Of a DNA stretch of 64,000 nucleotides, positions 1 through 64,000 are shown one piece after another; the first letter of the stretch is position 1, and each line of letters begins with the position of its first letter. This stretch comes from the human T2T-CHM13v2.0 reference genome, Homo sapiens. The notes below the pieces were generated by a model, which was not told where the DNA came from, searched no databases, and worked only from the letters and a program-made list of their open reading frames with translations. The DNA is taken from NCBI RefSeq assembly GCF_009914755.1, contig NC_060926.1. One strand, given 5' to 3'. The position numbers and the translations under genes were made by a program.

Positions 1-1330
1 TTTGTTTATGTGGTGAATTACGTGTATTGATTTGCATATGTTGAACCAGTCTTGCATCCTGGGGATGAAGCCAACTTGATCGTAGTGGATAAGCTTTTTG
101 ATGTGCTGCTGTATTCAGTTTGCCAGTATTTTATTCAGAATTTTTGCATCGATGTTCATCAGGAATATTGGCCTGAAGTTTTCTTCTTTTGTTGTATCTA
201 TGCCAGGTTTTGGTATCAGGATGCTGCTGGCCTCATAGAATGAGTCAGGGAGGAGTCCCTGCTTTTCAATTGTTTGGAATAGTTTCAAAAAAAAGGGTAT
301 CAACTCCTCTTTGTACTTCTGGTAGAATTCAGCTGTAAATCCATCTGGTCCTGGGATTTTTTTCATTGGTAGGCTATTATTGCCTTAATTTCAGAACTTG
401 TTACTGATCTATTCAGGGATTCACCTTTTTCCTGGTTAATCTTGGGAGGGTGTATGTGTCCAGGAATTCATCCATTTCTTCTACATTTTCTAGTTTATTT
501 GCATAGAGGTTTTTATACTATTCTCTGATGGTTGTCTGTATTTCTGTGGGCTCAGTAGTGATATCCCCTTTATCATTTTTTATTGTGTCTATTGGATTCT
601 TCTCTCTTTTCTTCTTTTTTAGTCTAGGTAGTGGTCTATCTATTTTATTAATTTTTTCAAAAAATCAGCTCCTGGATTCATTGATTTTTTGAAGAGTTTT
701 TCGTATCTCTATCTCCTTCAGTTCTGCTCTGATCTTGGTTTCTTCTTGTCTTCTGCTAATTTTGAAGTTTGTTTGCTCTTGATTCTCTAGTTATTTTAGT
801 TGTGATGTCAGGGCGTCAATTTGAGATCTTTCTAGCTTTCTGATAAGGGCATTTAGTGCTATAACTTTCCCTCTTAACACTGCTTTAGCTGTGTCCCAGA
901 GCTTCTGGTATGTTGTCTCTTTGTTCTAACTGGTTTCAAAGAACTTCTTGATTTCTGCCTTAATCTCATTCTTTACCCAAGAGTCATTCAGGAGCAGGTT
1001 GTTCAATTTCTATGTAGTCGTGTGGTTTTGAGTGAGTTTCTTAATCCTGAGTTCTAAGTTGATTGCACTGTAGTCTGAGAGACTGTTATGTTTTCCGTTC
1101 TTTTGCATTTGCTGAGGGTGTTTTACTTCCAATTATGTGATCAATTTTAGAGTAAGTGCATGTGGTGCCGAGAAGAATGTATACTCTGTTGTTTTGGGGT
1201 GGAGAGTTCTGTAGATATCTATCAGGTCCACTTGATCCAGAGCTGAGTTCTAAATATCTTTGTTAATTTTCTGTCTCGATGATCTGTCTAATATTGACAG
1301 TGAGGTGTTAAAGTCTCCCACTATTATTGA
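1..1330 (-). mobile_element. LINE-1 (primate L1P-type) ORF2 fragment, 5'-truncated, continues left of window
   Basis: ORF 115-366 encodes [38 protein letters not shown]; endonuclease TIVGDFNT-type sequence at right end. Confidence 0.95.
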
Positions 1331-1710
1331 GGGTAACATTTTTATATTGAAACAAGCATGGGGCTTTTACACGGTTGGATGCAAATGTCACATGAATTTT
1401 GGGAAATAAAACACAACTTCAGGAAAATTTTGTGCCCCCTCTTGAATTCTTCAGAGTAGAAATAAAGGATGCCAGATTGAATTAGCAAGAAGAAAGAGCT
1501 AATGTGGGAAGTTCTTGGATTGGGGTGGGAGGTATAGTTGCAGCTCCTGTCTCTGAGCAACATCAAGGTCACTTTGAGGGCCCCCTTCTCTGGCCTGCCC
1601 TCCTGGGAGAAGCCTGAGAGATGCTACCTTCGGGAGACAGAGCCCTGGCCCCAGGCAGGGGCTGTAGGGTGAGGGTGAGCAGCCCAGTGACGGCGTCTCT
1701 CCTGTTCCAG

Positions 1711-42671
<40,961 letters not shown>

Positions 42672-42958
42672 CAGCGGATGCTGGCGTGTCTGCTCAGGCG
42701 CCCTTCCCGACCTCTAGCCTGGCGGCACCTTCCCAGGCCCTCTCAACCCAGGGCCTGTCCTTGGCGGGCAGCCTTCCATGCTGCCCCCCATACAAAGCCC
42801 ACTCAGCCCCGCAGGCGGCCCCCTCTGTCCTGGGCGCTGCCCAGGGAGGCCAAAAGACGGGCCCAGAATGGGGTCGGGAGTCTCGGACCCCCAGGCTATT
42901 GGTGGATGACTGACTGACAGGACACCTCCCAACCCCACCCCACCCCACCAGAATGTTC

Positions 42959-42964
42959 AATAAA
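42959..42964 (+). terminator. MYO7B: MYO7B polyadenylation signal AATAAA
   Basis: AATAAA ~290 nt after the stop, GU-rich gtgtgtctgtct downstream. Confidence 0.85.
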
Positions 42965-43694
42965 AACTCCTGGAGCAGGAGAAGTGTGTCTGTCTGAGGG
43001 AGCAGGGTGTGGCACAAGGTGGACAGGGGGCCTGGGAGGCTCTGGCCCGCAGAGAGCTGCAGAAAAACCAAAATGCCGTGTGACTGACTCCCCCAGGGAA
43101 CCCGGAGGGCAGCTGCATTCTCCAGAAATGACTTCATCCCTCCCTTTCTGCTTCCTTCCTCCCCCTCCCTTCCTTCCTTCCTGTTTCTCAGACTGGGGAG
43201 GGGCACTCATGGGAGAGTTCTCCTCCCAGGCCCCTCCTCACACCTTCTGTCCTTCTCCCCACCCGGGGCATTGATACGCCTGCGCTACCCCCAGGAGGCC
43301 AGGGTGGAGGTGCGGCTCTCTGGCTGCTGGCTTCATGCTATGGCCAGCTTATGCCCAGACAGACAGTGGGCAGAGCTGGACATAGCACCTTGGAGGCCTG
43401 GATTCCCCCACCTCGCTGGCATGCCCTGTCCCTGCCCACCTCCTCCTCTGCCCACTGGGCCAGCTTATGTGGACCTGGCCACCCAGGCTTGTGAGGACCT
43501 GGCAGGGCTAGTCTTCAACTGCTTATGGCAGCCTGGCCTGGGATAGAGGCTAGGGCCCCCTGACCTCGTGCCTGTCTATGTCTGTCCCTCTGTTCAACTG
43601 CCCCAGCAGCAGCGTGTCCAGAGCTGCTGCCATCCCCTCCACCCCCGACCCCCGCCACAAACCACGCAGGCTGCTGTGGTTGTGTGAACAAGCC

Positions 43695-43700
43695 TTCATT
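43695..43700 (-). terminator. LIMS2: Probable LIMS2 polyadenylation signal (variant AATGAA)
   Basis: AATGAA on - strand; no AATAAA seen in the 3'UTR; GU-rich sequence downstream on - strand. Confidence 0.55.
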
Positions 43701-44534
43701 GTGCAAGCGTGAGCCCAACAAACAAACACCAGGTCTGCGCTGGCCGAAGACGAAGCGTCCTCCCTGGAGGTGGGAACAAGTCACCTCTGACCACACCTCC
43801 TCTGACGCCATCACCTCCTCCTGGCCCCACCCAAGGGCTCGACACAAGCCCCAAGGTCGGGGGGAGAGGGGCGGGGCGGAACCGAGGGCGGAGGCCAAGG
43901 TGGGATTCCAGGAAGGCCTTCCGAAGGATGGAGGTGGGTCCTGTCCCTCCAGGTAGCTTGTGGGTGTGGACAGCAGGACTTGCTGGCTCAGTGTGGGCAC
44001 AAGGACACTGTGCCACTGGTTGAGTGAGTGGTGAGGGATTGGAGGTGGCTCCCAGAGGCCTCCATCTGCATGGCCCTGGCCCTGTGGCTCCAGCAGGCTG
44101 CCCTGGCTGTGGGTAGCCCAGGAGCCACATGCGCTTAGTGGGGCCGCTCTGGGGCAGGGGCTCTCACAGGACAGCATGAGCCACTGAGCCGCCTGGGGAG
44201 GGCCAGGCCAGGCGGGGAGCTGTGGTGCAATTTGCTCCTGTCCCTGGAGGTCTGTGGGCGGAAGCTGTGGGCACAGGTGGACATGGCTGTCAGACGTGGG
44301 GTCATAGGCTCCCACTCCCCAGCTCCTGCCTCCTCACAGACAGAAGCCACGGCCAAGGAGAGGAGAGACATGGGGAAGGCAGAGATGAGGGAACAGGAAG
44401 GGAGAAGGCAATGAGGAAAGAGAAAGGGAGGGTAAGATGCGGAGGGCACAGGTGGATGGGGACGAGGGGGCCAAGCATGGACAGCAGGAGGGGAGAAGGC
44501 GGAGGGGCCGAGAGGCAGCTGCGCAAGAGGGCCT

Positions 44535-62816
<18,282 letters not shown>

Positions 62817-63351
62817 CTGGGGGCAGGAGACAGGAGGAGTGAGTCAGAGCTGGTCAGGGGTGCAGATGGGGCACACGCGGGGGCCTGCGCCCGACAGACA
62901 CACCTCGTATTAAAAAGTGAAGACGCTCTGCAGGATCAGGAAAATCGCTCTAACCCAGGGTCCAGGCTGCTCAGTGCTTGTAGTGCCCACCCCTTGGGGT
63001 GTCAGGGGCCCAGTCAACTCCCACTTGGGCCCCTATTACCCCTTCTTCAGGGACCAGAGAGTCTCGCACACAGAACACCACCCAGCACAGGTGAGCGGCT
63101 CTGTATTCACACTCTCATTTAATCCCCAGGGCAATACTGCAGCTACTATTATTATGGCCTCTTCCAGAAAAGGGACCTAAGCCTCAAAGAGGTTGAGTAA
63201 CTTGCCCAAGCTCACACAGCAGAGCGGGGTCCACACTTGAATCCAGACTGCTCAGTCTTCCATGGTTCCATCCTCTGCACCATGAGTTAGTTTCAAACTG
63301 ACTGCCTCCAATAAACACATAACCACCCAAACACAGAGCAGGCAAGAGGGT

Positions 63352-63660
63352 AGCTGGGTGCGTGTGCAGAATGGCTCAAGCCTGTCATCCAGAGCACTGT
63401 GGGAGGCCAAGGTGGGCGGATCCCTTGAGCCCAGGAGTTCGAGACCAGCCTGGGCAATATGGCAAGAATCCATCTCTAATAAAAATACAAGAAAACAAAA
63501 AAATTAGCCAGGTGTGGTGGTGCAAGCCTGTAGTCTCAGCTACTCTGGAGGCTGAAGTGGGAGGATGGCTTGAGCCTGGGAGGCCGAGGCTGAGTGCCAC
63601 TGCACTCAGGCCTGGGCAACAGAGCAAGACCCTGTCTCAAAATAAAAAATAAATAAAAAA
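63352..63660 (+). mobile_element. AluJ-like
   Basis: Diverged Alu body and A-rich tail. Confidence 0.9.
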
Positions 63661-64000
63661 GACAAGAGTATGAATCTTTGAGACGAGACGGGAGTGTGGT
63701 GAGGGGGAGCAAATCTCATCCATACTGGGCACTGCCTGTCCCCAGAGTCAGTGGTGGGTTTCCTTCTGGGAGGGGTGAAATGCGAACTACAGGGGAAAAG
63801 CCCACAGTGAGCCAGGCCCGCAATCAGTCCAGCCCCAGGGCCCTTCGGCACAGCCAGGAGGGGCCTTTTAGACTCAAAAACAGGGTCAGGATGTAGTCCT
63901 AAACACCCCAACTGCCTCTACGACCTTCAAAGAACCGGATACCCCACACCTTTTGCTAGGAAGGGAGAACGTGGGTTCTGTCTCAAGTGTCAACTCCAGT

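Overview
Primate, almost certainly human, genomic DNA: the MYO7B-LIMS2-GPR17 locus (2q14.3, recognised from the encoded proteins). The + strand carries the last 30 coding exons of MYO7B (1711-42671; end of motor, IQ motifs, MyTH4-FERM-SH3-MyTH4-FERM tail). I spliced these by hand into one continuous frame of 1394 codons, or 1368 without a 78-nt cassette exon. The model needs a GC-AG intron (donor 15271) and a U12-type AT-AC intron (36618-36853). LIMS2/PINCH-2 lies tail-to-tail on the - strand (9 coding exons, 62816-44535; its first exon is outside the window). GPR17 is nested antisense in an 11.4-kb LIMS2 intron and has short (339 aa) and long (367 aa) forms. Introns contain L1s, Tigger1, MER6B-like and MER63-like elements, MLT1, L2/MIR and many Alus. 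They also contain a two-LTR, internally deleted HERV-K(HML-6/LTR3-like) provirus with a young AluYb8 inside it. I found no convincing undescribed multi-gene system, and most ORFs in the track are shadow ORFs. The best leads are splicing oddities (U12 intron, GC donor next to a cassette exon, an AG|GTGAGT re-splicing site in LIMS2), a CTCF motif beside the GPR17 long-isoform exon, a GGAA/polypurine tract, and nested or structurally unusual repeats. Repeat subfamily names come from remembered consensus sequences and need RepeatMasker/Dfam confirmation.
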